Shown: positions 39,861 through 50,651 of the stretch, piece by piece
Layout of the letters: each line of letters begins with the position of its first letter
How positions within the stretch are numbered: position 1 is the first letter of the stretch
NCBI GenBank assembly: GCA_945787735.1
Contig: CALZIQ010000003.1
Location: 9,513-73,512, forward strand
Origin: an uncultured Chromatiaceae bacterium
Lineage (GTDB): Bacteria > Pseudomonadota > Gammaproteobacteria > Tenderiales > Tenderiaceae
Reading direction: 5' to 3'
Length of the DNA stretch: 64,000 nucleotides
The notes under the pieces: generated by a model
What the model saw: the letters and a program-made list of their open reading frames with translations, nothing else
Told to the model about the DNA's origin: nothing
Databases searched by the model: none
Translations under genes and position numbers: made by a program

Positions 39861-41168
39861 ATGACATCGCTACCAGTTAAACGGCTCAGTACCCAGGATG
39901 ATGATTTCTGGTCTGAGATGGATGAGCTCTTGGCCTGGGAAAGTGTTTCCGATGCCCAGGTTGGGGGATCGGTCAAAGATATTCTGACCAATGTGCGTCG
40001 CCGTGGTGATGAGGCGGTGGTGGAATATACCAACAAGTTTGATCGCATGTCGGTTGAGTCGATGGCGGAACTGGAGATCCCCAAGGCGCGCATGAAAGAT
40101 GCGCTGGAACGAATCCCAGAGAATGAACGCAAGGCGTTGGAGTTTTCCACCCATCGCCTGTTTGCCTATCATGAACATCAGCGTGCCGAGTCATGGTCTT
40201 ATACCGAGCCAGATGGCACCATGCTGGGCCAGAAGGTGACAGCATTGGATAGGGTGGGCCTGTACGTGCCCGGCGGCAAGGCCAGTTATCCTTCCTCGGT
40301 ATTGATGAATGCAGTGCCTGCCAAAGTTGCCGGCGTGAAAGAGATCATCATGGTGGTGCCGACCCCGGACGGTGAGCTGAATGACATGGTGTTGGCGGCC
40401 GGGGCCATTGTGGGTGTTGACCGCGCTTTTGCCATCGGCGGTGCTCAGGCGGTGGCGGCATTGGCTTATGGGACAGATACGGTGCCGCAAGTGGATAAGA
40501 TCGTCGGGCCGGGCAACATCTATGTGGCCACCGCCAAGGGCATGGTATTTGGCACGGTCGGTATCGATATGATTGCCGGTCCGTCGGAAATTTTGGTGGT
40601 CTGTGACGGTGAAACCAATCCGGACTGGGTGGCGATGGATCTGTTTTCGCAAGCTGAACATGACGAGGATGCGCAGTCTATCCTGGTTTCACCTGATGCA
40701 GATTTTCTCGACAAAGTGCAGGCCAGCATCGATAAACTGTTGCCTGAAATGGAACGCAAAGAACTGATCGAGAAATCGCTCGGCAGTCGCGGTGCGCTGG
40801 TCAAGGTTAAGGATTTGAATGAGGCGGCCAAGGTGGTCAACTATGTTGCGCCTGAGCACCTCGAATTATCCGTAGAAGATCCAGATGAATTGCTGGAAGG
40901 CATTCGCCATGCTGGTGCCGTATTTATGGGGCGTTACACCGCCGAAGCAGTGGGTGACTATTGTGCAGGTCCAAACCATGTGTTGCCGACGTCGCGCACA
41001 GCGCGTTTCTCGTCACCGCTGGGAGTGTATGACTTCCAGAAGCGCTCCAGTCTAATCATGTGCTCTGAGCAGGGTGCTTCTTTTCTAGGGGGGTATGCTT
41101 CTATTCTGGCGCGCGGTGAGGGCTTAACTGCGCATGCCCGCTCGGCGGAATACCGAATTAAAAAATAA
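39861..41168 (+). CDS. hisD: Histidinol dehydrogenase
   Basis: 'LYVPGG.A.YPSSVLM', 'AGPSE' and 'SQAEHD'. Start at ATG 39861; the upstream extension overlaps hisG. Confidence 0.93.
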   Translation: MTSLPVKRLSTQDDDFWSEMDELLAWESVSDAQVGGSVKDILTNVRRRGDEAVVEYTNKFDRMSVESMAELEIPKARMKDALERIPENERKALEFSTHRLFAYHEHQRAESWSYTEPDGTMLGQKVTALDRVGLYVPGGKASYPSSVLMNAVPAKVAGVKEIIMVVPTPDGELNDMVLAAGAIVGVDRAFAIGGAQAVAALAYGTDTVPQVDKIVGPGNIYVATAKGMVFGTVGIDMIAGPSEILVVCDGETNPDWVAMDLFSQAEHDEDAQSILVSPDADFLDKVQASIDKLLPEMERKELIEKSLGSRGALVKVKDLNEAAKVVNYVAPEHLELSVEDPDELLEGIRHAGAVFMGRYTAEAVGDYCAGPNHVLPTSRTARFSSPLGVYDFQKRSSLIMCSEQGASFLGGYASILARGEGLTAHARSAEYRIKK

Positions 41169-41232
41169 CGATTAAGCTTAATAATTGAGTAAAATCGTTC
41201 TACGTTCTATAAGTATTTAGGAATAATCAACT

Positions 41233-42333
41233 ATGGCCTCCGTTATCGTGGACAGAACAGACGAGAAGATCATTCACTTAATCCGGCCTGATGTGCAAAA
41301 AGCCCAGGTCAATCATGTGCCTCCGACCCGGGGGGTGATCAAAATGGATGCGATGGAGAGCCCGTATAGCTGGCCCGCCTATTTGCGCGGTGAATGGGCT
41401 GAAGAGCTGCAGGGGGTTGCGCTCAACCGTTATCCAGATCCCCAGGCGACTGACCTCAAGGCACGTTTGCGCCAGGTGTTTGATGTTCCACCCGAGCTTG
41501 AATTGATGCTGGGCAACGGTTCGGATGAGCTGATCCAGATCATCAATCTGGCCATGAAGGGGCCGGGGCGCAAGGTGATGGCTGCCGAGCCCACCTTTTC
41601 CATGTTCAAAATGATTGCCACGTATGCCGGCATGGAGTTTGTCGGTGTGCCGCTTAACGAGGCGGATTTTTCGCTCGACATGCCCGCTATGCTGGCCGCG
41701 ATCGAGCAGCATCAGCCGGCGGTGATCTATCTTGCCTACCCTAATAATCCTACCGGCAACCTGTATGCCGAGGATGAAATCATTCAGTTGGCCGAGGCCA
41801 GTCACGGCCTGGTGGTGATCGATGAATCTTATCTCGCCTTTTCAGGTGTCAGTATGATGGAACATCTGCAGCGTTACGATAATCTGCTGATTATGCGCTC
41901 CCTTTCCAAGATGGGCATGGCCGGTCTGCGTTTGGGATATCTGGTCGGGCATGCCAAATGGTTGAGCCAGCTTGAAAAGCTGCGCCTACCCTTTAATGTG
42001 AATGTGCTGACGCAATTTACTGCTGAATTTGCGCTCAATTATTACGATGTATTTGAGGATCAGGTAGAACAGATCTGCCGTGATCGTAGCTGGGTGGCGG
42101 AAAATATCCGCCGTCTGACGGGGGTTGAGGTGTTTCCGAGTGAGACTAACTTCATCCTCTTTAGGGTCGCGGAAGGTCGTGCTGACAAGGTGGACTCTCA
42201 GCTCAAGAAAAAGGGGATATTGCTCAAGAATCTGGCTGATAGCAGCCCGATGCTGCGTGACTGTCTGAGGGTAACCATTGGCAAGCCGAGTGAAAACGTG
42301 GCCTTCTTGTCAGCATTGACCTCTTCCGTTTAG
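41233..42333 (+). CDS. hisC: Histidinol-phosphate aminotransferase
   Basis: 'NGSDELI', 'YPNNPTGN' and the PLP lysine context '[15 protein letters not shown]'. Confidence 0.9.
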   Translation: MASVIVDRTDEKIIHLIRPDVQKAQVNHVPPTRGVIKMDAMESPYSWPAYLRGEWAEELQGVALNRYPDPQATDLKARLRQVFDVPPELELMLGNGSDELIQIINLAMKGPGRKVMAAEPTFSMFKMIATYAGMEFVGVPLNEADFSLDMPAMLAAIEQHQPAVIYLAYPNNPTGNLYAEDEIIQLAEASHGLVVIDESYLAFSGVSMMEHLQRYDNLLIMRSLSKMGMAGLRLGYLVGHAKWLSQLEKLRLPFNVNVLTQFTAEFALNYYDVFEDQVEQICRDRSWVAENIRRLTGVEVFPSETNFILFRVAEGRADKVDSQLKKKGILLKNLADSSPMLRDCLRVTIGKPSENVAFLSALTSSV

Positions 42334-42436
42334 CACAACAGCGCTTCAAACAGAGCGGTTTTGCGGGTATTCTGACAGTCTTAATCTAAATGCGAGTGTG
42401 GGTGGGGAAAGGCCCCATCTATGGAGAATTTTTGTA

Positions 42437-43030
42437 ATGTCTGAGCGAAAGGCCTCGGTGGCCCGCGATACCTTGGAGACCCAAATTCAGGTCTCGGTAA
42501 ATCTGGATGGCAGTGGTAGCAGTAATTTTGAAACGGGTGTGCCGTTTCTGGATCACATGATGGACCAGATTGCCCGTCACGGCATGATTGACCTGGACAT
42601 CAAGTGCAAGGGTGATCTGCACATCGACGCCCATCACACTGTTGAAGACATTGGCATCAGTCTCGGTCAAGCCGTCGCCCAAGCGGTGGGCGATAAAAAA
42701 GGCATTCGTCGTTATGGACATGCTTATGTGCCGCTGGATGAGGCCTTGTCGCGCGTGGTGTTGGATTTTTCCGGTCGGCCAGGGCTTGAGTTTCACGTCG
42801 ACTTTCCTCGCGCCAGTATCGGCAGTTTTGAAACCGATCTGTTTTATGAGTTTTTCCAGGGCTTTGTAAACCACGCACAGGTGAGCATGCACGTCGATAC
42901 GCTGCGTGGCCGTAATTCACATCACATAGCCGAGACCGTATTCAAGGCCTTCGGTCGAGCCTTGCGCATGGCTTTGGAGGCTGACACGCGCATGCAAGGG
43001 GTGATTCCTTCAACCAAGGGGGCGTTGTAA
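42437..43030 (+). CDS. hisB: Imidazoleglycerol-phosphate dehydratase
   Basis: 'R.T.ET.I.V..NLDG', '[11 protein letters not shown]' and 'G.N.HH..E..FKA.GRAL'. Start at ATG 42437. Confidence 0.92.
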   Translation: MSERKASVARDTLETQIQVSVNLDGSGSSNFETGVPFLDHMMDQIARHGMIDLDIKCKGDLHIDAHHTVEDIGISLGQAVAQAVGDKKGIRRYGHAYVPLDEALSRVVLDFSGRPGLEFHVDFPRASIGSFETDLFYEFFQGFVNHAQVSMHVDTLRGRNSHHIAETVFKAFGRALRMALEADTRMQGVIPSTKGAL

Positions 43031-43072
43031 TAAGACGTCTCTTTACCTCTTTTTGCAATACGGAATTAAGCA

Positions 43073-43723
43073 ATGAAAACGGTCGCTGTTATCGACTATG
43101 GCATGGGTAATCTTCATTCGGTCGCCAAGGCCTTGGAGCATGTCGCCACTGATCATAAGGTGCTTGTAAGCAGTGATCCTGCACAGATTCTGCAGGCGGA
43201 TCGGGTGGTCTTGCCCGGCGTCGGCGCGATCCGTGATTGCATGGCCGAGCTCAAGCGCTTTGGTATGGATGAGGTGGTGCGTGAGGTTGCGCAAAACAAA
43301 CCACTGCTGGGCGTGTGCGTCGGCATGCAGGCGTTGTTGCAGTTTAGCGCTGAAAATGAGGGCACGGACTGTCTTGGGCTATTGCCGGGGCGGCTGGCGT
43401 TTTTTGGTGATACATTTGCCCGCCATGCTGCTGCTGAGCGTCTGAAGGTGCCACACATGGGTTGGAATCAGGTGTCTCAGATTGACCCGGATCACCCTAT
43501 GTGGAAAGGTGTGGATCAGAACAGCTATTTTTATTTTGTGCATGGCTATTATTTGCCGCTGGCGCAAGCTGAGGGAATCTGTGCTGCCAGCGCTGAGTAT
43601 GGCGAGGTCTTCTGTGCTGTAGTGAATAAGGGCAATATTTTTGCAACCCAGTTTCATCCGGAAAAAAGCGCCGAGGCGGGTTTGCGTCTGTATGCCAATT
43701 TTCTGGCCTGGAATGGTGAGTAA
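43073..43723 (+). CDS. hisH: Imidazole glycerol phosphate synthase, glutaminase subunit
   Basis: '[11 protein letters not shown]', 'LPGVGA', 'GVCVGMQ' (catalytic Cys) and 'TQFHPEKS'. Confidence 0.93.
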   Translation: MKTVAVIDYGMGNLHSVAKALEHVATDHKVLVSSDPAQILQADRVVLPGVGAIRDCMAELKRFGMDEVVREVAQNKPLLGVCVGMQALLQFSAENEGTDCLGLLPGRLAFFGDTFARHAAAERLKVPHMGWNQVSQIDPDHPMWKGVDQNSYFYFVHGYYLPLAQAEGICAASAEYGEVFCAVVNKGNIFATQFHPEKSAEAGLRLYANFLAWNGE

Positions 43724-43770
43724 TCTGTGTCTCCTGCAACTACAATCAATAGCGTTAAGGAAAGCTAATC

Positions 43771-44502
43771 ATGTTATTAATCCCGGCAATTGACCTTAAG
43801 CAAGGCAAGTGTGTGCGTTTGCGCCAGGGGCGTATGGAGGATGATACGGTATTCTCCGATGACCCGGTTGCGGTTGCCGGGCGCTGGGTCGAGGCGGGGG
43901 CAAAACGCTTGCATATGGTCGATCTGGATGGCGCCTTTGCTGGTAAACCGGTGAATGCCGGCGTGATTGGTGAAATCGCCAAGGCCTTTCCTGAATTGCC
44001 GATTCAGGTGGGAGGTGGTATCCGTGATGAAGAGACCATTGATACTTATCTCGCCGCGGGTGTGCGCTATGTCATCATCGGTACCAAGGCGGTGAATGCA
44101 CCCCATTTTGTCGGCGATGTCTGCGCCGAATTTCCAGGCCATATCATTGTTGGTCTAGATGCCAAGGACGGCAAGGTGGCGATTGATGGTTGGTCTAAGC
44201 TGTCCAATCATGACGTGATCGACATGGCACAGCATTTCGAGCGAGATGGCGTCGAGGCAATTGTGTATACCGACATCAGTCGTGACGGCATGATGCAAGG
44301 CGTGAACGTTGAAGCGACACGCAAGCTGGCCCAGTCCATCACCATTCCAGTCATTGCCTCGGGTGGTGTCACCAACATGGACGATATTAAGGCGCTGCTG
44401 GCGGCTGAGGAGGACGGCATCATGGGGACCATCCTCGGGCGTGCTATTTATGAAGGCACCATCGATCTGGCTGAGGCCAATAAGCTGGTGGATGCAGGTT
44501 AA
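43771..44502 (+). CDS. hisA: ProFAR isomerase (1-(5-phosphoribosyl)-5-[(5-phosphoribosylamino)methylideneamino]imidazole-4-carboxamide isomerase)
   Basis: '[13 protein letters not shown]' and 'VGGGIR'. Confidence 0.93.
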   Translation: MLLIPAIDLKQGKCVRLRQGRMEDDTVFSDDPVAVAGRWVEAGAKRLHMVDLDGAFAGKPVNAGVIGEIAKAFPELPIQVGGGIRDEETIDTYLAAGVRYVIIGTKAVNAPHFVGDVCAEFPGHIIVGLDAKDGKVAIDGWSKLSNHDVIDMAQHFERDGVEAIVYTDISRDGMMQGVNVEATRKLAQSITIPVIASGGVTNMDDIKALLAAEEDGIMGTILGRAIYEGTIDLAEANKLVDAG

Positions 44503-45269
44503 TGTCACTGGCTAAGCGCATTATCCCCTGTCTTGATGTGGACGCCGGCCGCGTCGTTAAGGGTGTGCAGTTTGTCGGCATCCGTGATGCGGGTGATCCA
44601 GTCGAGGTGGCCAAGCGCTACAATCAAGAAGGCGCCGACGAGCTAGTGTTTCTCGATATCACCGCCAGCCATGAAGAACGCGAGACCATGGAGCATGTTG
44701 TGGAGGAGGTCGCCTCCGAAGTCTTTATTCCGCTTACCGTCGGTGGTGGCATCCGCGAAAAGGCCGATATCCGCCGCATGCTGAATGCCGGGGCCGACAA
44801 GGTGGCGATTAACACTGCAGCGGTTTTCAATCCAGAATTTGTGCGCGAGGCGGCCGAGTCATTTGGTTCGCAGTGTATTGTGGTGGCGATCGACGCCAAG
44901 CAGGTGAGTCAGGATCCGCCCAAGTGGGAGATCTTTACCCACGGCGGACGTAAGCCAACTGGCATCGATGCCATCGAGTGGGCCAAAAAGATGGTCGAGT
45001 ATGGTGCCGGTGAAATCCTGCTCACCAGCATGGACCGTGACGGCACCCGTGACGGCTTTGATCTGGCCCTGACCCGCGCCGTGAGTGAGGCGGTGTCGGT
45101 GCCGGTGATCGCATCGGGTGGGGTTGGCAATCTTGAACACCTGGCCGATGGTGTGCAACAGGGCAAGGCTGATGCAGTACTGGCGGCAAGTATTTTTCAT
45201 TTTGGTGAGTACAGCGTCGGTCAGGCCAAAAAATGCATGGCCAAGCGTGGAGTTGAGGTACGTCAGTGA
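44502..45269 (+). CDS. hisF: Imidazole glycerol phosphate synthase, cyclase subunit
   Basis: 'RIIPCLDV', '[13 protein letters not shown]', 'TVGGGI' and '[15 protein letters not shown]'. Confidence 0.95.
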   Translation: MSLAKRIIPCLDVDAGRVVKGVQFVGIRDAGDPVEVAKRYNQEGADELVFLDITASHEERETMEHVVEEVASEVFIPLTVGGGIREKADIRRMLNAGADKVAINTAAVFNPEFVREAAESFGSQCIVVAIDAKQVSQDPPKWEIFTHGGRKPTGIDAIEWAKKMVEYGAGEILLTSMDRDGTRDGFDLALTRAVSEAVSVPVIASGGVGNLEHLADGVQQGKADAVLAASIFHFGEYSVGQAKKCMAKRGVEVRQ

Positions 45270-45658
45270 GCGAGTCCTTTCTTGACGAAATCAAGTGGAC
45301 TGATGACGGGCTGGTGCCGGTAATCGCCCAGGAGACAGGTACGGGTCGGGTGATGATGTTTGCCTGGATGAACCGTGAATCCTTGGCGGAAACGGCTGAG
45401 ACGGGGTGCGCGGTTTACTGGTCGCGTTCACGCCAGAAGCTTTGGCGTAAGGGCGAGGCCTCCGGTCATCAGCAGCTGGTCAAGAGCATTAGCCTGGATT
45501 GTGACGAAGATGTGATTTTGCTCGAGATTGAACAGCAGGGCGGTATCGCCTGTCATACAGGTCGCAAGAGCTGTTTTTACCGCCGTCTTGAGGATGGTGA
45601 ATGGAAGGCAGTGGAACCGGTATTGAAAGATCCGGCAGAGATCTATGCAGGCAAGTGA
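45266..45658 (+). CDS. hisI: Phosphoribosyl-AMP cyclohydrolase
   Basis: 'GLVPVIAQ', '[17 protein letters not shown]' and 'DCD.D..L......GG.ACHTG..SCF'. Confidence 0.92.
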   Translation: MSESFLDEIKWTDDGLVPVIAQETGTGRVMMFAWMNRESLAETAETGCAVYWSRSRQKLWRKGEASGHQQLVKSISLDCDEDVILLEIEQQGGIACHTGRKSCFYRRLEDGEWKAVEPVLKDPAEIYAGK

Positions 45659-45667
45659 GGTTGGCTG

Positions 45668-45994
45668 ATGAGTTCTGATGTGCTGGATAAACTGGCTCAG
45701 GTGTTAGAGTCGCGCAAGGGCGCGGCAGCGGACTCGTCATATGTGGCCAGTCTGTATGCGAAAGGCCTGGATGCCATTTTGAAAAAGATTGGCGAAGAGG
45801 CGACCGAGACAGTGATGGCGGCTAAAGACGGAGACAAGGACAAGATTGTCTATGAGGTCGCCGATTTGTGGTTTCATACCCTGGTGCTATTGGCGCAACA
45901 GGGGCTGACGCCTGAAGATGTGTTGGCCGAGTTGGGGCGCAGATTCGGGGTGTCCGGGATTGAAGAAAAGGCGTCGCGCGGCCAGAATAGCTGA
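45668..45994 (+). CDS. hisE: Phosphoribosyl-ATP pyrophosphatase
   Basis: 'SY...L...[13 protein letters not shown]' and 'E.ADL.FH.LVLL'. Confidence 0.9.
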   Translation: MSSDVLDKLAQVLESRKGAAADSSYVASLYAKGLDAILKKIGEEATETVMAAKDGDKDKIVYEVADLWFHTLVLLAQQGLTPEDVLAELGRRFGVSGIEEKASRGQNS

Positions 45995-46026
45995 TTATTG
46001 CGCGAACATGACTTTGGAGAGTGGCG

Positions 46027-46287
46027 ATGGGATTTGGTGGAATTAGTATTTGGCAATTGTTGATTGTGCTGGTGATTGTGCTGCTATTGTTTGGCAGCAA
46101 AAAACTGCGCGGTTTGGGGTCTGACTTGGGTAATGCAGTAAAAGGTTTTCGCGGAGCCATGCAAGAAGGCGAGAGTGAGGCGGACAAACCTAAGCCGCAA
46201 GAGCAAGCCAAGCTCGATGCTGAAGATACAAAAGAAGGGCGTGTCATCGACAGCGAGGCGAGCAAGCAGGACGAGAAGAAAGTTTAA
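46027..46287 (+). CDS. tatA: Twin-arginine translocase subunit TatA
   Basis: '[41 protein letters not shown]'. GGAGAG lies 6 nt upstream of ATG 46027. Confidence 0.9.
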   Translation: MGFGGISIWQLLIVLVIVLLLFGSKKLRGLGSDLGNAVKGFRGAMQEGESEADKPKPQEQAKLDAEDTKEGRVIDSEASKQDEKKV

Positions 46288-46310
46288 CTGCCATCCTGAG
46301 CTGATACGCC

Positions 46311-46676
46311 ATGTTTGATATTGGATTTTGGGAGATTGTGTTGATCGCAGTAGTGGCGTTGCTGGTGGTCGGCCCGAATGAATTACCAAGCCTCATACGT
46401 AATATCGGGCAAGGCATTGGCAAGCTGCGCGGTTTTCTCAGTTCGGTTAAATCCGATCTTGATTATGAGATCGATAAGGCCAATGAGATTAAACAGATGA
46501 TCGAAAAAGAGACTGAGATTGCTCGCCTGCATGAAATTATTGAAAAGAATGCCACGACCATGCCTGTTCAAGGCAAGGCGGCCGAACCCAGTAGGGTCGA
46601 AACACTAGATGAACCCAGACAAACCGAAACCGACCAAGAGCCGGCGCAGCCGCTCAGTGATCGGCGACAGACTTAA
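46311..46676 (+). CDS. tatB: Twin-arginine translocase subunit TatB
   Basis: 'MFDIGFWEIVLIAVVALLVVGP..LP' followed by an amphipathic helix. Confidence 0.88.
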   Translation: MFDIGFWEIVLIAVVALLVVGPNELPSLIRNIGQGIGKLRGFLSSVKSDLDYEIDKANEIKQMIEKETEIARLHEIIEKNATTMPVQGKAAEPSRVETLDEPRQTETDQEPAQPLSDRRQT

Positions 46677-47451
46677 TACCCGCTCAACGCGCACCCAAAC
46701 ACAGGAACAACAGGGGCTGATCGGGCACCTGGTGGAGTTGCGTACACGTTTGTTGCGCACTGTCTTTTCTATCCTAATCATATTTGTGCCCTTGGCTTTT
46801 TTCGCCAATGATCTTTACGCTGTGCTGGCGATGCCATTGCTGGAAAATATGCCACAAGGCACCAGCATGATCGCCACCGAGGTGGCATCGCCTTTTCTTA
46901 CCCCTTTTAAATTTGCCCTGGTGCTGTCTGTGTTTCTGGGTATGCCGGTGATTCTGTATCACTTCTGGGGCTTTATTGCGCCAGGCTTGTATGGGCATGA
47001 ACGCAAGATGATGTTGCCGCTGCTGGTAGGGAGTACCGTACTATTCTATTCCGGTGTGTTGTTTGCTTACTATGTAGTGTTTCCGCTGGTGTTCGGTTTT
47101 CTGCTCAGTGTCGCGCCGGAAGGTGTAGCGGTGATGACGGATATCAGCAAATATCTCGATTTTGTGCTCAAACTATTTTTTGCCTTTGGCATGGCGTTTG
47201 AAGTGCCGATTGTCACCATTGTCTTGGTCTGGGCGGGCGCAACGACACCTGATCAGCTTGTGGCTAAGCGTCCTTATGTGATTGTGGTCGCTTTTGTGCT
47301 GGGCATGTTGATGACACCGCCGGACCTGATTTCACAGACGTTGCTGGCATTACCTATGTGGCTGTTGTTTGAAATCGGTGTGATGCTGTCGCGTTTAGTG
47401 CTCAAGAGGCAGGCAGAGCGTGAGGCGGCAGAGGAGCAGGAAGAGTCCTAA
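46609..47451 (+). CDS. tatC: Twin-arginine translocase subunit TatC
   Basis: 'LIGHLVELRTRLL' and six TM segments. The only canonical start upstream of the conserved block is ATG 46609, giving a 68-nt overlap with tatB. Confidence 0.88.
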   Translation: MNPDKPKPTKSRRSRSVIGDRLNTRSTRTQTQEQQGLIGHLVELRTRLLRTVFSILIIFVPLAFFANDLYAVLAMPLLENMPQGTSMIATEVASPFLTPFKFALVLSVFLGMPVILYHFWGFIAPGLYGHERKMMLPLLVGSTVLFYSGVLFAYYVVFPLVFGFLLSVAPEGVAVMTDISKYLDFVLKLFFAFGMAFEVPIVTIVLVWAGATTPDQLVAKRPYVIVVAFVLGMLMTPPDLISQTLLALPMWLLFEIGVMLSRLVLKRQAEREAAEEQEES

Positions 47452-47456
47452 GCTAT

Positions 47457-48617
47457 TTATTCCTGCAGCAGTGGTTGCGGCCGTTCACCGATGATCGTTT
47501 CTATCTGAAGCTGTTCACCTTGGCGGATGATGCTGAGTGCTAGCACGGTGCCTGGCGTATTGTCGGCGATGATATTCATCAATGCACGGCTGCTACGTAC
47601 CGCTTCGCCGTTGACATGCGTGATCAGATCGCCCGGCTGCAAGCCTGCTTTAGCAGATGGGCCGCCGGCTTGAATGCCGGCTATCAGTGCGCCGCTGACA
47701 TTTCCAAGACTAAAGGATTCAGCCAGTGTTTGGTTGAGGTCCTGTACTTCAACACCCAGCCAGCCACGAAGCGCGCGTCCATGTTCGATAATCTGTTTCA
47801 TCACGCCCTTCACCAGGCTAACCGGGATGGCAAAGCCAATACCTTGAGAGCCGCCAGAACGAGAGAAGATGGCGGTGTTGATCCCGACCAGTTGCCCCGC
47901 GCTGTTGACGAGTGCGCCGCCTGAGTTACCTGGGTTGATAGCTGCATCAGTCTGAATAAAGTTCTCAAACGTGCTTAGGCCTAGTTGAGACCGGCCGGTG
48001 GCACTGACAATGCCGCTGGTGACCGTTTGCCCCACCCCGAATGGATTGCCAATGGCAAGTACAACGTCGCCGACGCGTAGGGCTTCGGATTGACCGAAGA
48101 TGATAGATGGCGCATCGATCAGCTCGATTTTTAACACGGCGAGATCGCTTTCGGGGTCGGTACCGACAATGGTGGCGGCAGCGGAGCGTCCGTCGTACAG
48201 CGCCACTTCAATCTCGTCGGCGCCCTGAATAACGTGGTTGTTGGTGAGAATGAAGCCCTGGTCGTTGACGATGACGCCTGAGCCCAGGCTATTTTCCAGA
48301 CGTTTTTGCGGTGCGGGAATGCGGTCACCAAAGAATCGTTGAAAGAACGGGTCATCGAAAAGCGGGTTGCGGCGTTGTGTGACAAGCTTGCGCGTGTAAA
48401 TATTGACCACGGCCGGGGCGGCTGCTTCAACGGCGTGGGCGTAAGAGGCTAGCGAGCCACTGGCCGCATCGCGTTGAGGTGCGGATGCTTCAATAAATTC
48501 AACACTGGGTCTGCCTTCAAACGCCTCGGGTTTAAAAAGCAGTAGCAGTACAAAAGCAAACGCTAGTCCGGCCGTGATGGCTTCTGTCGCAAATGAAACC
48601 AGTTTTCGTAGCTGCAT
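47457..48617 (-). CDS. degS: Periplasmic trypsin-like serine endoprotease with one PDZ domain (DegS/AlgW type)
   Basis: N-terminal anchor, 'TNNHV', 'D.AVLK', 'GNSGGALVN' catalytic triad contexts and a single C-terminal PDZ domain. Confidence 0.85.
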   Translation of the reverse strand: MQLRKLVSFATEAITAGLAFAFVLLLLFKPEAFEGRPSVEFIEASAPQRDAASGSLASYAHAVEAAAPAVVNIYTRKLVTQRRNPLFDDPFFQRFFGDRIPAPQKRLENSLGSGVIVNDQGFILTNNHVIQGADEIEVALYDGRSAAATIVGTDPESDLAVLKIELIDAPSIIFGQSEALRVGDVVLAIGNPFGVGQTVTSGIVSATGRSQLGLSTFENFIQTDAAINPGNSGGALVNSAGQLVGINTAIFSRSGGSQGIGFAIPVSLVKGVMKQIIEHGRALRGWLGVEVQDLNQTLAESFSLGNVSGALIAGIQAGGPSAKAGLQPGDLITHVNGEAVRSSRALMNIIADNTPGTVLALSIIRQGEQLQIETIIGERPQPLLQE

Positions 48618-48678
48618 CGTTTGTTAATCTTATGGCTGGATGTGGGATCAATCTTAACTTAAAGCGTGAGATAAATGC

Positions 48679-49437
48679 ATGGTTCAATTGGCTGAGTTAG
48701 TAAACTTTTGCGACGAATTGCTTGATGCAAAGGCTTTTCGAGATTATTCGCCGAATGGTCTGCAGATAGAGGGGGTGGCAGAGGTAAAAAAAATCGTGAC
48801 GGGTGTGACGGCTTGTCAGGCCTTGATCGATGCGGCGGTAGCGGCCGATGCTGATGTATTGTTGGTCCATCATGGTTTTTTTTGGAAAGGTGAGTCGGCG
48901 TGTTTGACAGGGATGAAGCGCCGACGAATCGGCAAACTGATCGAAAATAATATTAGTTTATTAGCATATCACCTGCCTTTGGATGCGCATCCTGAATACG
49001 GTAATAATGCGCAACTTGCACAACAGCTAGGTCTGGAAGTTGAAGGGCGCTTTGGTCGCGATGAGCGTGATCAAATCGGCATGTATGGGCGATTGCGTAA
49101 GGCGATGGGGGCGGAAGAATTCGCTAGGCATCTCGCCAAGGTTTTAGGGCGTGAGCCTCTGCACTTGGCAGGTGAGGTTGATTGGATAGAGGGCGTTGCC
49201 TGGTGTACAGGCGCGGCCCAGGGCTATATCGAGTCCACGCCAGGTCTGGGTGTTCAGGCGTTTATTAGTGGTGAGGTTTCTGAGCAGACAATGCATTTTG
49301 TGCGGGAGAGTGGTGTGCATTATTATGCGGCAGGTCACCATGCTACTGAACGTTATGGTGTTCAAGCCCTGGCTGATGTCTTGTCGCAACGCTTTGGCGT
49401 CGCGCATCAGTTTATCGATATCGACAACCCTGTTTGA
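48679..49437 (+). CDS. ybgI: Nif3-like dinuclear metal-centre protein (YbgI family)
   Basis: 'DYSPNGLQ', 'LLVHHG.FW', 'YHLPLD.H' and 'AGHHATE'. Confidence 0.88.
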   Translation: MVQLAELVNFCDELLDAKAFRDYSPNGLQIEGVAEVKKIVTGVTACQALIDAAVAADADVLLVHHGFFWKGESACLTGMKRRRIGKLIENNISLLAYHLPLDAHPEYGNNAQLAQQLGLEVEGRFGRDERDQIGMYGRLRKAMGAEEFARHLAKVLGREPLHLAGEVDWIEGVAWCTGAAQGYIESTPGLGVQAFISGEVSEQTMHFVRESGVHYYAAGHHATERYGVQALADVLSQRFGVAHQFIDIDNPV

Positions 49438-50034
49438 TTTCTTGTTTGGTCGAGCTCTGTGTGGTGGAATGAATCGCCCAAAAGAGAAAGTTTTGTATAG
49501 GATTTATTGATCAATTTGCTGGGATAATTTGTTTTTCAACGTGCGTCATTAAAGTTGAGTGGTTAACATTGACAGTGAGAATAAAATTGTTCTACGATGC
49601 ACGAATGCCTGATAAATGTGGCTTTTGAAAACCTGGTATAGGTTGGGGATAACAAGAAGAAAAACCAATAAAATTCAAAACTGGTATTTAATGCCCAGTT
49701 ATTGAAAAAAATGCGTTGTACTATGTTAGGCTGTGGCATCGGTGAGGGAGTCGCATAAGCCTGTTTCAATCAGGCTTCTTTAAGCAGATTAACTTTCCGC
49801 GTAGTAAATTGGGGATAGTCAGTTTAGAATTTTTTGTTAAACCATTGAAGGCTGAGTGGTGTGTCCGTGTATGGGCTTTATTCAGGCTATGGTTTGGCGT
49901 TGGGTAGTTTTCTTTACATTTAAAATAAGCCTAATGGGATCTACAACAGATCGAGGACTGAGATGTTTGTGAGTAATCAATTTCTCTCTATAGGACGTGG
50001 GAAAAGGGCTGGCCGTAGTTGTGCAGGTAAGGGT

Positions 50035-50589
50035 ATGTCCCTGTTTTTTGCTGTGTTGGCCACTGTGTTTTTTGTAAGCAGCGCGCAAGCCGAAGTGCCA
50101 AATGCGAAGCCACCAAAAGGAACGCATAATGGCGAGCATGTGCCGCAACCCATCGAGTTTCCACACGACATTCATGCCGATGTTAACGGCATCAACTGCA
50201 TGTACTGTCATACCTATGCGCGTCGCAGCAAGGTTGCTGGTATTCCTCCAACAAGTAAGTGTCTGGGCTGCCACTCGGTGATTGCCACCGACAAACCTCG
50301 TATTCAGAAGCTGACAGAATACTGGGAAAACAATGAGCCGCCGAAATGGAAAAAGGTTCATGACGTGCCTGACTACGTACACTTTACTCACGAAAAACAT
50401 TTGCAACGTTTCGTTTTTGAAAATGAAGGCATGGACGTAGCAAACGTTTCTGAGGTATGCGCGTTCTGTCATGGTGATGTCAAGAAGATGACAGTGGCGC
50501 GAAAAGTAAAGCCTCTGAATATGGGGTTCTGCGTACGCTGTCATGAGCAAAACGGCGGCCCTTCCGATTGCTGGAAGTGCCACAAGTAA
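50035..50589 (+). CDS. actA: Alternative Complex III subunit ActA (pentahaem cytochrome c)
   Basis: Five CxxCH motifs: CMYCH, CLGCH, CAFCH, CVRCH and CWKCH. Signal/anchor 'MSLFFAVLATVFFVSSAQA'. First gene of an actABCDEF-ordered cluster. The track ORF starts at 49963. Confidence 0.85.
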   Translation: MSLFFAVLATVFFVSSAQAEVPNAKPPKGTHNGEHVPQPIEFPHDIHADVNGINCMYCHTYARRSKVAGIPPTSKCLGCHSVIATDKPRIQKLTEYWENNEPPKWKKVHDVPDYVHFTHEKHLQRFVFENEGMDVANVSEVCAFCHGDVKKMTVARKVKPLNMGFCVRCHEQNGGPSDCWKCHK

Positions 50590-50651
50590 CCTGGGTGGGC
50601 TGAGATCTAAGATCTGGCCGTCAATTTTTAACTAATAACGGATGATTTGTT

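Noticed and set aside
41278-41805. 175-aa minus-strand ORF, and similar ones at 40191-40661 and 42419-42892
   Set aside because: They are antisense to hisC, hisD and hisB respectively and are shadow ORFs in a well-defined his operon.
49504-49518. FNR/CRP-like site 'TTGATCAATTTGCT'
   Set aside because: Only the first half-site (TTGAT) fits the TTGAT-N4-ATCAA consensus. The second half does not match.
49563-49769. 68-aa minus-strand ORF in the act upstream region
   Set aside because: It is an AT-rich chance ORF with Phe/Asn/Tyr-rich sequence, no RBS and no partner gene. It is treated as part of the long regulatory leader.
49882-50583. 233-aa minus-strand ORF
   Set aside because: It is antisense to actA, whose five CxxCH motifs identify the + strand as coding.
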